Below, piece after piece: positions 63,396 to 64,000 of a stretch of 64,000 nt of DNA (positions are counted from its first letter, which is position 1; each line of letters starts with the position of its first letter). A program made the translations under genes and the position numbers. The notes beneath the pieces were generated by a model that did no database searches, was not told where the DNA came from, and was given only the letters and a program-made list of their open reading frames with translations. The DNA comes from Patescibacteria group bacterium (lineage in GTDB: Bacteria; Patescibacteriota; Patescibacteriia; GWA2-46-9): the NCBI GenBank assembly GCA_041660005.1, contig JBAZXG010000003.1, positions 835-64,834 on the forward strand. Direction: 5' to 3'.

Positions 63396-64000
63396 ACGCA
63401 CGCCTTTATGGTGTACAGAAACGCGGTATTGGACGCTACACTGAGTCGCTACTGCAAGCGTTGGATGGTGCGCGTGACCGCTATACTCTGGTCGCTTTTA
63501 TTGAACAAGACAACACATTGCGCCAGTCGCTCGCGGAGCGTGGTTGGGAAGTTCATGAAGTTCGCGCGCGGGTTTATGGACTGCGCGAGCAATTGAGTTT
63601 TGTGCAAGAACTCATGAAAGCTTCTCTCGATCTACTGCACGTGCCGCACTTCAATGTGCCATACCTTTATAGGCGTCCGTATGTTGTGACCGTGCATGAT
63701 TTAATTCTGCATCACTACCCTAATCGCATGAGCTCAACAAGGAGTCTGCCCGTTTACACCTTTAAATACTTGGCTTACAGAATTGGTTTTCGTCATACTA
63801 TAAATGCCGCACGGCAAATTATTACCGTTTCTGGGTATACCAAGGAGGATTTGCTTACCTATTACCCTTGGCTAGCCCCCAAAACGAGCTCAATAATCCA
63901 ACCTGTACAGTTGACAGTGGAAACGGTGACTGACAAGGTCACGAATCTGCATTATAATAGTAATGAGCCATATGTACTTGTGGTCGGAGCTTTCTATCCG
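63381..64000 (+). CDS. Glycosyltransferase (GT4-like), 5'-partial view: the ORF runs off the window end
   Basis: Hand translation from the ATG at 63381 gives MGKIRLGIDARLYGVQKRGIGRYTESLL... with no stop through position 64000. Overlaps the previous gene by 15 nt. It is absent from the ORF track because no stop falls inside the window. Confidence 0.6.

Noticed and set aside
63408-63596. 62-aa track ORF near the window end
   Set aside because: It lies out of frame within the glycosyltransferase reading frame that starts at 63381 and continues without a stop to the window end.
1-64000. rRNA genes, transposases, integrases and phage structural genes
   Set aside because: I scanned both strands for the 16S/23S/5S conserved blocks, DDE/Y-recombinase/S-recombinase signatures and terminal inverted repeats, and found none. 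The accessory island therefore lacks an identifiable mobility gene.

Overview
This 64-kb window reads like a streamlined bacterial genome, most plausibly Candidate Phyla Radiation / Patescibacteria. That placement is an inference from gene content, not from any database search. The supporting signs are a truncated dcw cluster (mraZ-rsmH-ftsL-ftsI-murF, then a tRNA and terminator), a short HrcA, an N-terminal-only TsaB, leaderless mRNAs, many type IV prepilin genes and a giant surface protein. Almost everything is on the + strand.

Gene order, left to right:
- A wHTH-like hypothetical protein and a TsaB-like fragment.
- mraZ (with a sigma70 promoter and 10-bp-phased GTGG boxes), rsmH, ftsL, ftsI, murF and tRNA-Glu.
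- A TrmB-like regulator on the minus strand, then a NitT/TauT-type ABC importer.
- An accessory island of about 4.8 kb (9.9-14.7 kb), described below.
- An EamA transporter.
- The heat-shock operon: promoter plus CIRCE, hrcA, grpE, hsp20, dnaK, a small hypothetical, dnaJ.
- cysS, an orphan VirB4/VirD4-family ATPase flanked by hypotheticals, dnaX, tRNA-Gln, metK and a cluster-less HhH-GPD glycosylase.
- An FKBP isomerase, a MazG-like protein, an overlapping DsbA-like / VKOR / PQQ-sugar-dehydrogenase operon and tRNA-Pro.
- A HAD hydrolase, uppS, pgeF/yfiH, a PEBP protein, secreted coiled-coil proteins and a LOG-family protein.
- Four prepilin-like genes, a beta-CASP MBL nuclease, a 2318-aa giant surface protein translationally coupled to a MacB/FtsX-type ABC pair, murJ, lepA, recJ, rnhA, RNase P RNA, and a polyprenyl-phosphate sugar transferase followed by three GT4 glycosyltransferases. 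The last glycosyltransferase runs off the window.

The accessory island carries a GC-rich tandem-duplicated ORF, a 700-nt hairpin-dense noncoding region, a Cas4-like PD-(D/E)xK nuclease behind a palindromic operator, and an ArsR-type repressor plus an HExxH membrane protease. The repressor and the protease are each preceded by a copy of a duplicated promoter element. A 7-TM protein and a GC-rich orphan on the minus strand complete the island.

Other notable points: tRNA-Pro and RNase P RNA are each embedded in long, perfectly paired flanking helices; one ABC ATPase carries an internally repeated C-terminal extension; and a zinc-ribbon micro-ORF lies opposite uppS. I found no CRISPR array, rRNA or transposase.
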